Below are positions 1 to 9,595 of a stretch of 64,000 nt of DNA, piece by piece. Position 1 is the first letter of the stretch, and each line of letters begins with the position of its first letter. The stretch is from Pirellulales bacterium (GTDB taxonomy: Bacteria; Planctomycetota; Planctomycetia; Pirellulales; JAICIG01): NCBI GenBank assembly GCA_040901675.1, contig JBBDYJ010000020.1, positions 32,001 to 96,000 of the forward strand, in the 5' to 3' direction. The translations under genes and the position numbers were made by a program. Below the pieces are notes generated by a model. That model was given only the letters and a program-made list of their open reading frames with translations, was not told the origin of the DNA and did not search any database.

Positions 1-274
1 GCTCATTGTTGCATAAAAATACATTGACCCAGACTTCAGGCTGGCGTTGCACGTCTTCTAGTTCCACCCCAACGTGTCGGGCGTACAAAATTACGAACTG
101 GGCCGCAAGCCAATCATGCAATTTGTAGGAAAACCAAACGATCGGAATATCGACTTCGGCCAGCCACGTAGCCTTTTCGCCTGTCACGGTGCTGCGATTT
201 AGCACGCTGCATGCGCGGATGGGCACGAACTCGTAGCATTCGCTAGAAGTCAAAAAGAAGTCTGGTTTAGCCAT
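1..274 (-). CDS. Hypothetical protein, partial (runs off window start), lower GC than neighbours
   Basis: Manual translation from ATG at 274 is open to position 1: MAKPDFFLTSSECYEFVPIRACSVLNRS...VWVNVFLCNNE. Confidence 0.5.
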   Translation of the reverse strand, partial: MAKPDFFLTSSECYEFVPIRACSVLNRSTVTGEKATWLAEVDIPIVWFSYKLHDWLAAQFVILYARHVGVELEDVQRQPEVWVNVFLCNNE

Positions 275-389
275 AGGCCGAGGCCGAATGTGCCGAAGAA
301 CGTTGCTTGGCCCGACGGTCACCTGCGACGTGCCGGGGAGTGGTTTACTATGGATATTACCAGCATTTGGTACCCTGACGTCCGAAGGT

Positions 390-1421
390 TCAATCGGCCG
401 TAAAGAACTCGTCGCGGATGAACGCCGCCGCCGTGTCCCATTGCCTGGCGGCCGCCGCGAAATCGACCTGCATCGCCTTGATGCTGCTGGGCGTCTCCAC
501 CCGCAGCTCCAGCGCGGCCCCTTCGTGCAGCGGAATCTGCGCGCTGGGCGAGTCGGCCAGGCGGGCTTCGACCTCCGGAGTGAGCAGGAAATCGACCAGC
601 CTGCGAGCCTGCTCCGGATGGCGGCAGCCCTGGATGATCGCCAGCGTGTTGGGGATGAACAGCGTGCCGAGCTGGTCCGGTTCGCGGTCGGGGTAGACCA
701 GCGCCACCGGATGGCCGTGCTCCAGCTCGATGATGGCGTCGTCGGTGTCGGTCAGGCCGAAGGCGAGTTGCCCGCCGGCCACCGACAGGGCCACCTGCTT
801 GTTGCCCGCCAGGATTTGCACGTCGTTGGCCTTCAAATCGCGGAAGTACTGCCGCGCCTCCTCGTCGCCCAGGTGGGCAAACAGGCAGGCGGCATGCGTG
901 GCCGTGGTGCCGAACAGCGGCTTGGCGATTCCGCAGCGGCCTCGCCAGCGCGGGTCCGCCAGATCGTAGATCGAGGTGGGACGCTCAGACTCGGGCACCA
1001 GGTCGGTATTCACAATCAAGACCCGCGCCCGCCCGGCAAAACCGTGCCACGTGCCGTCGGGCGAGCGGTACATGGCCGGGTAGCTCTCGGCCATCTTCGG
1101 GCGGTACGAGTCGAGCAGGCCCCGCTCTTCCAAACGCAACGTATTGAGGATCTCGTTGTTCCAGAAGACGTCGCAGCGGGGCCGGGCCCCTTCGGCGATG
1201 ATGGCCTGCGTCAGGCCGACCGTCTTGGTCGATTCGACGTCGAACCTGGGCCGCACCCGGATGCCCGTCTCGGCGGCGAACTGGTCGAGGATGGGACTGG
1301 AGAACTCTTTGTCCAGCGCCGTGTAGACGACCACCTCCGACTCGCTGGAGCGAATGCAGCCCACGGCCAGGGCCAGCCACATCGCCAACGACCAGCGGGC
1401 AGCGGATGACAACGATCGCAT
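390..1421 (-). CDS. ABC transporter substrate-binding lipoprotein, Fe(III)/AfuA-FutA-like
   Basis: Lipobox LAVGC, VVVYTALD, CDVFWNNE, GLTDTDD, LVDFLL..E; start trimmed to MRSLSS. Confidence 0.85.
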   Translation of the reverse strand: MRSLSSAARWSLAMWLALAVGCIRSSESEVVVYTALDKEFSSPILDQFAAETGIRVRPRFDVESTKTVGLTQAIIAEGARPRCDVFWNNEILNTLRLEERGLLDSYRPKMAESYPAMYRSPDGTWHGFAGRARVLIVNTDLVPESERPTSIYDLADPRWRGRCGIAKPLFGTTATHAACLFAHLGDEEARQYFRDLKANDVQILAGNKQVALSVAGGQLAFGLTDTDDAIIELEHGHPVALVYPDREPDQLGTLFIPNTLAIIQGCRHPEQARRLVDFLLTPEVEARLADSPSAQIPLHEGAALELRVETPSSIKAMQVDFAAAARQWDTAAAFIRDEFFTAD

Positions 1422-1565
1422 GAGGATCGACTCTCCCCTCCGGTCCGGCAACCAGTCGCGAACTTCGGAAAACGGCGATGAGGCGACTGCTCGCCATTAT
1501 ACGGGCCTCCGCCGCCAGCAGGGGCGGCGAGCAACGTAATTGGCAAATGCAGCGGTTTGCTGATC

Positions 1566-1593
1566 TTGACAGGCTGGAAAGCCGATCTATAAT
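1566..1593 (+). promoter_or_regulatory. Consensus sigma70 promoter
   Basis: TTGACA (1566-1571), 16 nt spacer, TATAAT (1588-1593). Confidence 0.8.
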
Positions 1594-1599
1594 TTTGCG

Positions 1600-1658
1600 C
1601 GTACGACTCCCCGGCTGCGAGGCCGGTTTGGCCGGTCTATATGACCGGCTCTTTTTTT
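1600..1658 (+). ncRNA. Putative short structured RNA or attenuated leader upstream of the NYN gene
   Basis: Hairpin CCGGCT-GCGA-GGCCGG (GNRA loop) followed by a terminator hairpin, between promoter and CDS. Confidence 0.45.
1630..1658 (+). terminator. Intrinsic terminator before the NYN CDS
   Basis: GCCGGTC-TATAT-GACCGGC followed by TC and T7. Confidence 0.7.
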
Positions 1659-1689
1659 GCGCCGCTCAGGGGGCTTTGGGGGACAGCAG

Positions 1690-2334
1690 ATGCCGCCTTC
1701 GCCCAGCAACCGCAAGCGGTCAACCATCTACATTGACGGCTTCAACCTCTATTACGGCGTCATCAAGGGCGGCCCGTACAAGTGGCTGAACCTCCAGCGC
1801 TACTTCGAGCGCCTGCGCCCCGACGACGATATTCAAGTCATCCGCTATTTCACTGCAATGATTTCCGGGCCAGAACTTGCCGATCAAGAAACGTATCTGA
1901 AGGCCCTCGAAACCCTCCCCCTCATGAGAATCATCCTGGGAAAGTTCAAGACCAGAAATGTTCTATGCCGCCTGCCAGCCTGCACGTTCGCTGGCGACAA
2001 GCTCTTTCAAGCGCCAGAGGAGAAGCGAACCGATGTCAATATCGCGATCAGCATGCTCGACGACGCATATCAAGGATTGGCTGAAAGAATGATCGTGGTA
2101 AGCGGCGATTCTGACCTCGTTCCAGCCCTCAACATCGTACGGGCGCGCTTCCCCAAAATCGAGCTGATCGTTTACGTGCCTGCTCTCAATCCCACGCGCG
2201 GGGCAGCCGTGGAGCTTCGTGCTGCTGCCGACAGGAACCGCATCCTCCCCCTCGCCCTGCTTCCCCTATCGCAGTTTCCTGTAGCTATTCCCGATGGATC
2301 GGGTGGCGTGATCAAAAAGCCACCCGGTTGGTAG
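1690..2334 (+). CDS. NYN domain (LabA/DUF88, PIN-like) ribonuclease
   Basis: Motifs IYIDGFNLYY, EEKRTDVNIA, VVSGDSDLVP; ATG at 1690. Confidence 0.9.
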   Translation: MPPSPSNRKRSTIYIDGFNLYYGVIKGGPYKWLNLQRYFERLRPDDDIQVIRYFTAMISGPELADQETYLKALETLPLMRIILGKFKTRNVLCRLPACTFAGDKLFQAPEEKRTDVNIAISMLDDAYQGLAERMIVVSGDSDLVPALNIVRARFPKIELIVYVPALNPTRGAAVELRAAADRNRILPLALLPLSQFPVAIPDGSGGVIKKPPGW

Positions 2335-2387
2335 GCGTGTGGCGAGAGCCGCTCAAGTCTCTGCCCACCACCCCCTGCCCTCTGCCT

Positions 2388-3242
2388 CTACTCCGCCACG
2401 ACGGGGTTGGCCAGCAGCCCGACTTCGTCGATCTCGACCTCGGCCCGATCGCCGGCGCGAAGGAAGATCGGGGGCTTGCGGGCAAACCCCACGCCGCTGG
2501 GCGTGCCGGTGAAGATCAAGTCGCCCGGCTTCAGCGTACAGACCCGCGAGACGTACGCCACCAGCTCGTCGATCGGGAAGATCAACTGGTCGGTGTTCGA
2601 GTCCTGCAGCGTCTGGCCGTTGAGCCGGAACTGGATCCGCAAGTTCCCGGGCCTCGGTACTTCGTCGCGCGTCACCAGCGCCGGACCGCAGGGGGCGAAC
2701 GTGTCGAACGTCTTGCCGAGCAGCCATTGTTTGCCCGGCTTCCGCAATTGCCAGTCCCGCGCCGAAACGTCATGCCCGCAGCAGTAACCGGCCACGTGCT
2801 GGTAGGCGTCTTGCCGCGGTATGCGGCGGCCCGCCCGGCCGATGACCACCACCAGCTCGGCCTCGAAGTCGACTTCCGCACTGAGCGCCGGCAGCACAAT
2901 CGGTTGCTCGTGCGCAGCCAGCGCCGACGGGAACTTGCTGAACAGCACCGGCTCCTCCGGCGCCGCGGCGCCGCTCTCGCGTGCGTGGTCGGCATAGTTG
3001 AGACCTACGCAGATGATCTTTTCCGGATCCGCGACGGGCGGCAGCAGGCGGAGCCCTTCGGGTAGCAGGGGAGCACGGGCCAGAGCCCGCTCGAGGCGCT
3101 GCGGCTCGCGGTCGGCCTGGACCAACAGCTCCTTCATCGAACAGGCCAGGCCCTGGTCGGCCTGGTGCAAATCGACGTAACGGCCCTCGCGCCAACCGGC
3201 GACCCGGGGGCCGGATTCGGCTTGGTAGCTGACCAGTCGCAT
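2388..3242 (-). CDS. Fumarylacetoacetate hydrolase family protein
   Basis: KIICVGLNYADHA, VDFEAEL, DVSARDWQ, GKTFDTF, GDLIFTGTP; true start MRLVSY at 3242. Confidence 0.92.
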   Translation of the reverse strand: MRLVSYQAESGPRVAGWREGRYVDLHQADQGLACSMKELLVQADREPQRLERALARAPLLPEGLRLLPPVADPEKIICVGLNYADHARESGAAAPEEPVLFSKFPSALAAHEQPIVLPALSAEVDFEAELVVVIGRAGRRIPRQDAYQHVAGYCCGHDVSARDWQLRKPGKQWLLGKTFDTFAPCGPALVTRDEVPRPGNLRIQFRLNGQTLQDSNTDQLIFPIDELVAYVSRVCTLKPGDLIFTGTPSGVGFARKPPIFLRAGDRAEVEIDEVGLLANPVVAE

Positions 3243-3536
3243 TGGTTTTTCCAGGTTCCCAGGCCGGCGTTTTTTATGCCTCGGCGGCATTGTAAGCCCT
3301 CTTGCGTGCCCGACGCCAGCGCCCGGCGGCGGTTGTAGGGACTTTAGCGGCCGCGCGGGAGCGAGCACGCACGAGCGCCGAATTTGCCCGTGCTCCGGGG
3401 ATAACCTAGTTTTGTACAGCAGTTTTCGCCGTCGGGCTCTTGATGGCCGAGGGGGATCCCATCGGCGCGGGGAAGGCTGCCAATTGGCCGCTTCGGCAGC
3501 GGTCCCAGCCCGCTCGACTTCCAATGACAGGCACCG

Positions 3537-5801
3537 ATGGCAAGCTCTCCACGTTGTGAGTCGGATTCCAGCGAAATGCAGTCGGCCGACAGCGATTCCT
3601 TGGCGGCGGAGGGCGCGATCGCGCAGTTGACGTCGCTGTTGACCCAGTTGGACGACTCGTCGGGCCAGCAGCCCTCGTCGCTGGCCCAATTGCGCTCGGC
3701 CGAGAACCAGCTCGTCCAGGTGCGGCTGGGGGTCGCCAGCGGCTTGTTCCGCAGCTTGCGTTGGAAGCACGAACCGACCGCCCGGCATTGCCTGCGCGTC
3801 ACCATGAGCTGCTCGATCTGGTCGGCGCGGATGGGTCTGTCCGATGCTGATCGCGACGAGCTCGAACTGGCGGCCCTGTTGCACGACATCGGCAAGATCG
3901 GCGTGCCCGACGCCATCTTGACCAAGCCGGGCCCGCTGACGCCGCAGGAAGCGGCGGTGATGGACGGGCATTGGCTGATGGGCCGCGAGATCCTGCAGTC
4001 CACCTGCGCCTCCCAGGGCGTGTTGGACATCGTGGCCGGGGCCGCATCCTGGTACGACGGCAGCCGTGCTCACCTGGAGTACGATTGCGAAACGCCGCCC
4101 GTGGGCGCGCGGATGCTGTCGATCGTCGACGCCTTCGACGCGATGATGACCGATCACGTCTATCGCCGGGCGCTGTCGCGCGAACGGGCATTCAACGAGC
4201 TGTACCGGTGCGCGGGCACCCAGTTCGACCCCGAGCTGGTCAAGCTCTTCACGCAGTTCCAGGAGGGCGACCAGCTCAAGCTGAGCGAGACGGTGGCCCA
4301 GCGCTGGCTGGCGGCCTTGGAACCCGACCTGGTCAACGCCAACTGGCGGCTGCAGGAGGCCCCCTCCTCCACGGGCCTGTTGGTGCCCGAGAGCCTGTTC
4401 CAGCAAAAGATGCTGGCCAACATGTACGACGCGGTGCTGTTCGTCGACAGCAGTCTGCGTGTGGTCCAGTGGAACCGCGGCGCGGAGCGCTTGACGGGCA
4501 TCTCCGGCCCCAGCATTTACCAGCGGCGCTGGCTGCCCAGCCTGCTGGAGCTGCGCGACGAGCACGCGGAAATCATCCGCGACGAAGACTGCCCCATCGC
4601 CTATGCCATCCGGACCGGCGTGCAGTGGCTGCGGCGGCTCTCGATCCGCGGCCGCGGCGGACGGCAAGTGGCCGTCGACGCCCATGCCGTGCCGGTGGTG
4701 GCCGCCGACGGCATCACCTACGGGCTGGCCCTCTTGTTACACGATGTCTCGCCGGAGATCTCGTTGGAGGAACGCTGCGAGAACCTGCACGAGCTGGCCA
4801 CCAAGGATCCGCTGACCCAGGTGGCCAACCGCGCGGAGTTCGATCGGGCCCACGAGATGTTCGTCGCCGCCCACCTGGAGAGCAACCTGCCCTGCAGCCT
4901 GATCATCAGCGACATCGACCGCTTCAAGCTGGTCAACGACACGTACGGACACCAGGCCGGCGACGAGGTGATCCAGAGTTTCGCCCGGCTGCTCAAGGCT
5001 TCCTGCCGGCCCGGCGACCTGGCCGCGCGCTACGGAGGCGAGGAGTTCGTGCTGTTGTGCGCCGACTGCGACAACGGGGCCGCCGTGCGCCGGGCCGAAG
5101 AGCTGCGTAAAGGCTTCAGCGTGATTCCCCAAAGCGCCCTGGGCGGCCGGCCGGTGACCGCTAGTTTCGGCGTCACGGAGATTCAGCCCGGCGACACGCC
5201 CGAAACCATGCTGCGCCGCGCGGACCGGGCCTTGTTGAACGCCAAGGAAAGCGGCCGCAACCGGGTCGTGCAGTTGGGCATCGGCACCGATCCGGCCGAC
5301 TCCCGGCCCGAGCCCAAGCCGGCGCGGCGCAAGCGCCCGGCTGGTCACATCCTGATCGAGCGGGACTTGATCAGCGAAGCGCCCTTGAGCGTGTGCATCG
5401 AAAAGCTCCGCGGTTTCGTGGCCGACCACCACGCCGAGGTGGACGAGGTCGACGGCAACCACATCCGGCTCAAGATCGGCGACGAAGGCGGATCGGCGCT
5501 GCGGCGGATGGCCGACCGGCCGTTGCGGCTGGTCATCGACGTCGTCTTCGAGGAGCGCGAGCGGGAAGCCGCCGCGGGCAACGGCGGCGCCCGGCCCGGG
5601 GCCGCCCGGACGCTGATCCGCCTGGCGATCAGCCCGCAGCGCAACCGCGACCGGCGGCAGGAGCAAGCCATCGAGTGGGCCCGGCAGCTTCTGATCAGTT
5701 TCCAGGCTTACCTGATGGCCACCGAGTGCGAAATACAGCCCTCCAGCGGCATCTGGCGGCGAGCCCGTTGGTTGCTCTCGTCCTGGTTCGGCAGGTCGTA
5801 G
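3537..5801 (+). CDS. Diguanylate cyclase with HD-GYP-like, PAS and GGDEF domains
   Basis: LLHDIGKIG...IVDAFDAM; PAS WNRGAERLTG; DPLTQVANR, DIDRFKLVNDTYGH, RYGGEEF. Confidence 0.9.
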   Translation: MASSPRCESDSSEMQSADSDSLAAEGAIAQLTSLLTQLDDSSGQQPSSLAQLRSAENQLVQVRLGVASGLFRSLRWKHEPTARHCLRVTMSCSIWSARMGLSDADRDELELAALLHDIGKIGVPDAILTKPGPLTPQEAAVMDGHWLMGREILQSTCASQGVLDIVAGAASWYDGSRAHLEYDCETPPVGARMLSIVDAFDAMMTDHVYRRALSRERAFNELYRCAGTQFDPELVKLFTQFQEGDQLKLSETVAQRWLAALEPDLVNANWRLQEAPSSTGLLVPESLFQQKMLANMYDAVLFVDSSLRVVQWNRGAERLTGISGPSIYQRRWLPSLLELRDEHAEIIRDEDCPIAYAIRTGVQWLRRLSIRGRGGRQVAVDAHAVPVVAADGITYGLALLLHDVSPEISLEERCENLHELATKDPLTQVANRAEFDRAHEMFVAAHLESNLPCSLIISDIDRFKLVNDTYGHQAGDEVIQSFARLLKASCRPGDLAARYGGEEFVLLCADCDNGAAVRRAEELRKGFSVIPQSALGGRPVTASFGVTEIQPGDTPETMLRRADRALLNAKESGRNRVVQLGIGTDPADSRPEPKPARRKRPAGHILIERDLISEAPLSVCIEKLRGFVADHHAEVDEVDGNHIRLKIGDEGGSALRRMADRPLRLVIDVVFEEREREAAAGNGGARPGAARTLIRLAISPQRNRDRRQEQAIEWARQLLISFQAYLMATECEIQPSSGIWRRARWLLSSWFGRS

Positions 5802-5886
5802 ACGCGCGCGGGAGGCGGGCGGCGGAACGCTCGCGGCTTTCGACGGGCTCAAGCCGGGGCGCTCGTCGAGTCCCGTGTTTCTGAAC

Positions 5887-5942
5887 CATCCTTCCTCCTT
5901 CCTCCTTCCTCCTTCTGCCTTCTCCCCCTTCCGTCCTCCTTC
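5887..5942 (+). repeat. Pyrimidine-rich heptamer tandem array (CCTTCCT-like)
   Basis: About 8 degenerate 7-mers upstream of sodA. Confidence 0.8.
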
Positions 5943-6010
5943 AATTTGCCACTTTTCCGCGCATCGGGTATCTTGGCGCCATCGCACCATCAAATCAGGA
6001 GGACAAGACC

Positions 6011-6622
6011 ATGGCCTATAGCGTTCCCCCCCTGCCCTATGCCTTCGACGCGCTGGAACCGAACATCGACGCCCGCACGATGGAAATCCATCACGACAAG
6101 CACCACGCTGCTTACGTGACGAACCTGAACAAAGCCATTGAAGGCACCGACCTCGGCAAGCAGAGCATCGAGCAGTTGATTGCCAACATCGAAAAAGTGC
6201 CCGAGAACATCCGCACGGTCGTCCGCAACAACGGCGGCGGGCACGCCAACCACTCGCTGTTCTGGACCATCATGGGTCCAGGCGCCGGCGGCAAGCCTTC
6301 GGGGCCCTTGGCCGAAGCCATCGACAAGGAGCTGAAAGGTTTTGACGCCTTCAAGGAGGATCTCAGCAAGGCCGCCATCGGCCGCTTCGGCAGCGGCTGG
6401 GGCTGGTTGAGCGTCGACAGGAACAAGAAGTTGGTGATCGAGAGCACGCCCAACCAGGACAGCCCCCTGATGCACGGCAACACCCCGATTTTGGGGTGCG
6501 ACGTTTGGGAGCACGCCTACTATCTGAAGTATCAGAACCGGCGTCCCGAGTACGTGGCGGCCTTCTTCAACGTGATCAACTGGCCCGCCGTAGCCGACCG
6601 CTACGCCGCCGCCAGGAAGTAG
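6011..6622 (+). CDS. sodA: Superoxide dismutase [Mn]
   Basis: [31 protein letters not shown]. Confidence 0.95.
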   Translation: MAYSVPPLPYAFDALEPNIDARTMEIHHDKHHAAYVTNLNKAIEGTDLGKQSIEQLIANIEKVPENIRTVVRNNGGGHANHSLFWTIMGPGAGGKPSGPLAEAIDKELKGFDAFKEDLSKAAIGRFGSGWGWLSVDRNKKLVIESTPNQDSPLMHGNTPILGCDVWEHAYYLKYQNRRPEYVAAFFNVINWPAVADRYAAARK

Positions 6623-6623
6623 C

Positions 6624-6771
6624 GTAGAGTCCCGATTTCATTCCGTTTGCCCGCTCCGTTTCTCCCGGGCGCGTGCCCGAGTCAAAGCGGGCGACTAGGC
6701 GAGATGCGCAAGCCGGCGATGGGCTCCTGCAAACGGCCAACCGCGAAAACGGAATGAAACTCACCGTCTAC
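6624..6771. repeat. Degenerate inverted REP doublet, family A
   Basis: GTAG...TTTCATTCCGTTT ... AAACGGAATGAAA...CTAC. Confidence 0.65.
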
Positions 6772-6806
6772 CCCGCGTCCAGAATCGAAACAACGTATTA
6801 CTGGCG

Positions 6807-6834
6807 TTGACGGCCCGCGGCGGACGCCTATAAT
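6807..6834 (+). promoter_or_regulatory. Sigma70 promoter giving a ~250-nt leader
   Basis: TTGACG, 16 nt, TATAAT. Confidence 0.65.
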
Positions 6835-7091
6835 CCTCGCCGAAAATGTCGCGGGAGCCGGGGACTGCGCGGGCGGCTGCTATTGGCTATTGGCGCCCTG
6901 CGAAACGCAGTGGCCCGGCGGCGGACCTGACGCGGCCTGCATGGAGGCAAACAGCCCGGCGTCAGCACATTTCTCATCAGCGTTTCGTTCCAATGTCTTC
7001 AGGGATGAGGACACGTGGGATCGCGGGGCGTTGCGCCCGCCTCCCCTGCCCGCTCCCTGACAGCCAAAACTCTTCGAAGGGCGCGTCAACG

Positions 7092-8159
7092 ATGCATGCT
7101 TTCATGGCTCGCTTTGCGGTGCTCCTCGTGTTGTTCTCCGTGGTGGGATGCCGCACCAGCGGCAAGTGGCCCGGCCTGGCCTGGGGCCGCAACAAGGAGC
7201 CGGCCTATTCGACGGCCTCCAGCGCGCCGCCGGCGTACGCGGGTCTCCCCTCGGCTGCCGGCGCCGCGGCCGACTACAGCGGCGCGCCTGCCTCGCCATA
7301 CGGCAAATACGCGGAAACGCCCAACAGCGATGCGGGTGCCGGCACAAGTGCGGCGGTCGCCCAGGACGGCTATCCCAGCCGTGGTGGCTACGGGGGCGGA
7401 GGCGGCTATCCGGCGCAGACCGCTGGATCGGGAGCCACCCAGGCCGGCCCGTACGACTCGACCTACCCGGAACAGGATGAGCGGCCCGCGAGCTACGCGG
7501 GTGGTGCCGTGACGAATCCCTACGTGGCTGGGCAAGGCCGCGACTACGGCGATTATCGCTCCGGAGCATCCGGCGGCAGCTTGGGTCAGGATCCGCTCCG
7601 CACGGCCGACGCGCGGGGCGCCCAGGCGGCCCGCTACGATGCCACCTCGCGCTACGACGCTCCCTCGCCTTACAACAGCCCAACTCAGTATGGGGCCGAC
7701 CCCACGGCGGGCCAGGAGCTCGACCGCTATCCGCCGGCGACTTCAACCGGCAACCGTTATGCCAGCGATGCGACCAGCCCCATCCAGGCGACTTCGGTCG
7801 ATTCTGATTACCAGCCGGGCCGGAGCGACTATCAACCCGGCGCAACCGGCTACGCGCCGCCGGGAGTAGGCACGTATCAAGGGGCCGGTGGTTCAGCGGG
7901 CGCGTCGGGCGCCGATCCGCATTATCGGCCTGGGGGCACGCGCGACTATTTGCCCGCCGGCAGCGGCGCGGGCACCGCCCCTCCGAACCACGGATCGCGC
8001 CAGACGACCAGGCCTGGCTCGCCGGCCGGCAGCATCTATGCCGACACCGTCGACGAAAGTTATGGCAGTTCGGCCGGCAACGACCGCTACGGCGACTATC
8101 GCGATCCCTCGGGCCCGTTGGCGCCGCCGGAGGTCAACGTGGCGCTGCCGCCGCGCTGA
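7092..8159 (+). CDS. Hypothetical low-complexity lipoprotein (Gly/Ala/Pro/Ser/Tyr-rich)
   Basis: Signal and lipobox MHAFMARFAVLLVLFSVVGC followed by disorder-like sequence. Confidence 0.75.
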   Translation: MHAFMARFAVLLVLFSVVGCRTSGKWPGLAWGRNKEPAYSTASSAPPAYAGLPSAAGAAADYSGAPASPYGKYAETPNSDAGAGTSAAVAQDGYPSRGGYGGGGGYPAQTAGSGATQAGPYDSTYPEQDERPASYAGGAVTNPYVAGQGRDYGDYRSGASGGSLGQDPLRTADARGAQAARYDATSRYDAPSPYNSPTQYGADPTAGQELDRYPPATSTGNRYASDATSPIQATSVDSDYQPGRSDYQPGATGYAPPGVGTYQGAGGSAGASGADPHYRPGGTRDYLPAGSGAGTAPPNHGSRQTTRPGSPAGSIYADTVDESYGSSAGNDRYGDYRDPSGPLAPPEVNVALPPR

Positions 8160-8177
8160 AGAGTAAGGGAAGAAGCT

Positions 8178-8274
8178 CGACAAGGCGACAAGGGGACAAG
8201 GGGACAAGGGGACAAGGCGAACGAAGACGACGGGGGTCGTCTGACCTCTGCCTTCTGCCTTCTGATTCCTGCCT
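8178..8274. repeat. Octamer array (GACAAGG[G/C] x5) plus heptamer array (TCTGCCT-like) at a convergent gene junction
   Basis: 8178-8221 and 8240-8274 read directly. Confidence 0.8.
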
Positions 8275-8284
8275 GCGGCCATAG

Positions 8285-9586
8285 CTACTGGTTGCGGCGC
8301 AGCGCCAGAAGCGTGAGGTCGTCGGCGGGGCTGGCGCCTTCATAATGATCCTCGATCCGCTCGCCGACGCGCGCGACCAGTTCGGCCAGCGGCAGGCGCC
8401 GCAGCTCGCGCAGTGCCGCGAGCAACCGGGCCTGGCCAAATTGCTCGCCGGCGGAGTTGACCGCCTCCACAATGCCGTCGGTGCAGAGCACGAGCAGGTC
8501 GCCCACCTCCATGCTCACAACCGGGCCCGGGGGATAATCGGGCTCGTCGACCACTCCCAAGGGCATGCCGGTCGCGTGCAATGTGGTAAAGCGGTCCGCC
8601 GCGGCTGAATAATGCTCCACCGGAGCATGGCCGGCATTCGAGTAGTACACGGTGTGGGTTCTGGGATCGAGCGATGCGATCACCATCGTGATGAACAGGC
8701 CGTTTTGCAGATCGGGCGCCAGGGCCCGCCCCAAGAGGGCCAGCAGTTGTTCGGGCGCCGCGTGATCCAACAACAGCGCCCGCAAGGCGGCCCGCACCGA
8801 AGCCATCAGCAGGCTAGGCCCCAACCCGTGACCGCTCACGTCGGCAACCACCAACCCCAACCGCCCGTCCGGCAAAGAAAGGACGTCGCAGTAATCGCCG
8901 CCCACCGCCTGGTTGGGAAACCACCAGGTGGCCGCTTCATAGCCGCGAATCTGCGGCAACTGGCTGGGCATAAAGCCGCGCTGCACGTCGCGGGCCACGT
9001 TCAGCGAGGCGTCGATGGTCTCCCGCTCGCGCAGCTCGTCGACCAGCCGGGCGCGGTCGAGCGCCACGGCGGCATGCTGGCTGAATGCCGAGAGCAACTG
9101 CTCGTCGAAGTCGTCGAACGGGCCGCCTTCGTTGTTTAAGCACTGCAGTACGCCCAACAGGGCGTTGTCGCGAGACGAGGTCAACGGCGCGGCCAGAATG
9201 CTGCGCGTCTGAAAACCGGTTGCCTGGTCGATCGCCGAATGCCAGCGCGGGTCGAGCGCCGGATCGGGTACGTTGACCATCTGGCGATGCCGGGCCACAT
9301 GCCCCGTGATCCCGTCCTCCACGTCACGGCGGATCTCGGCGATCTCCAGGTCGGTGGCCACCCGCGTGTACAGCTCGTTCCGCTTCGGATCGTACTGGTA
9401 CAAGCTGGCCCGCTCGCACACCAGGGCCTGGCAGGCCTCCCGAGCAATCACTTCAAGGATCTTATCCAGGTCGACCTCGGCCGCCAGCACACGCGTCACG
9501 TCCAGCAAGCGCAACAGCGCGTTGACCCGCCGGCGCGCGGTCGCCTCGTCCGCATGGTCGGAGAGCAGCAACTCGCAAAGTTCCAT
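8285..9586 (-). CDS. GAF domain plus SpoIIE/RsbU-type PP2C phosphatase
   Basis: GAF (TGFQTRSILAAPL, PFDDFDE), VGGDYCD, ADVSGHG, NAGH, TDGIVEA, DDLT. Confidence 0.92.
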   Translation of the reverse strand: MELCELLLSDHADEATARRRVNALLRLLDVTRVLAAEVDLDKILEVIAREACQALVCERASLYQYDPKRNELYTRVATDLEIAEIRRDVEDGITGHVARHRQMVNVPDPALDPRWHSAIDQATGFQTRSILAAPLTSSRDNALLGVLQCLNNEGGPFDDFDEQLLSAFSQHAAVALDRARLVDELRERETIDASLNVARDVQRGFMPSQLPQIRGYEAATWWFPNQAVGGDYCDVLSLPDGRLGLVVADVSGHGLGPSLLMASVRAALRALLLDHAAPEQLLALLGRALAPDLQNGLFITMVIASLDPRTHTVYYSNAGHAPVEHYSAAADRFTTLHATGMPLGVVDEPDYPPGPVVSMEVGDLLVLCTDGIVEAVNSAGEQFGQARLLAALRELRRLPLAELVARVGERIEDHYEGASPADDLTLLALRRNQ

Positions 9587-9595
9587 GGGCACAGT

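Noticed and set aside
2388..4685. 765-aa minus-strand ORF
   Set aside because: Only the last 284 aa are the FAH protein; the rest is antisense shadow of the cyclase gene.
6940..6970. c-di-GMP-I riboswitch (GGCAAAC)
   Set aside because: Lacks the following GNRA-capped stem and GCAAA junction.
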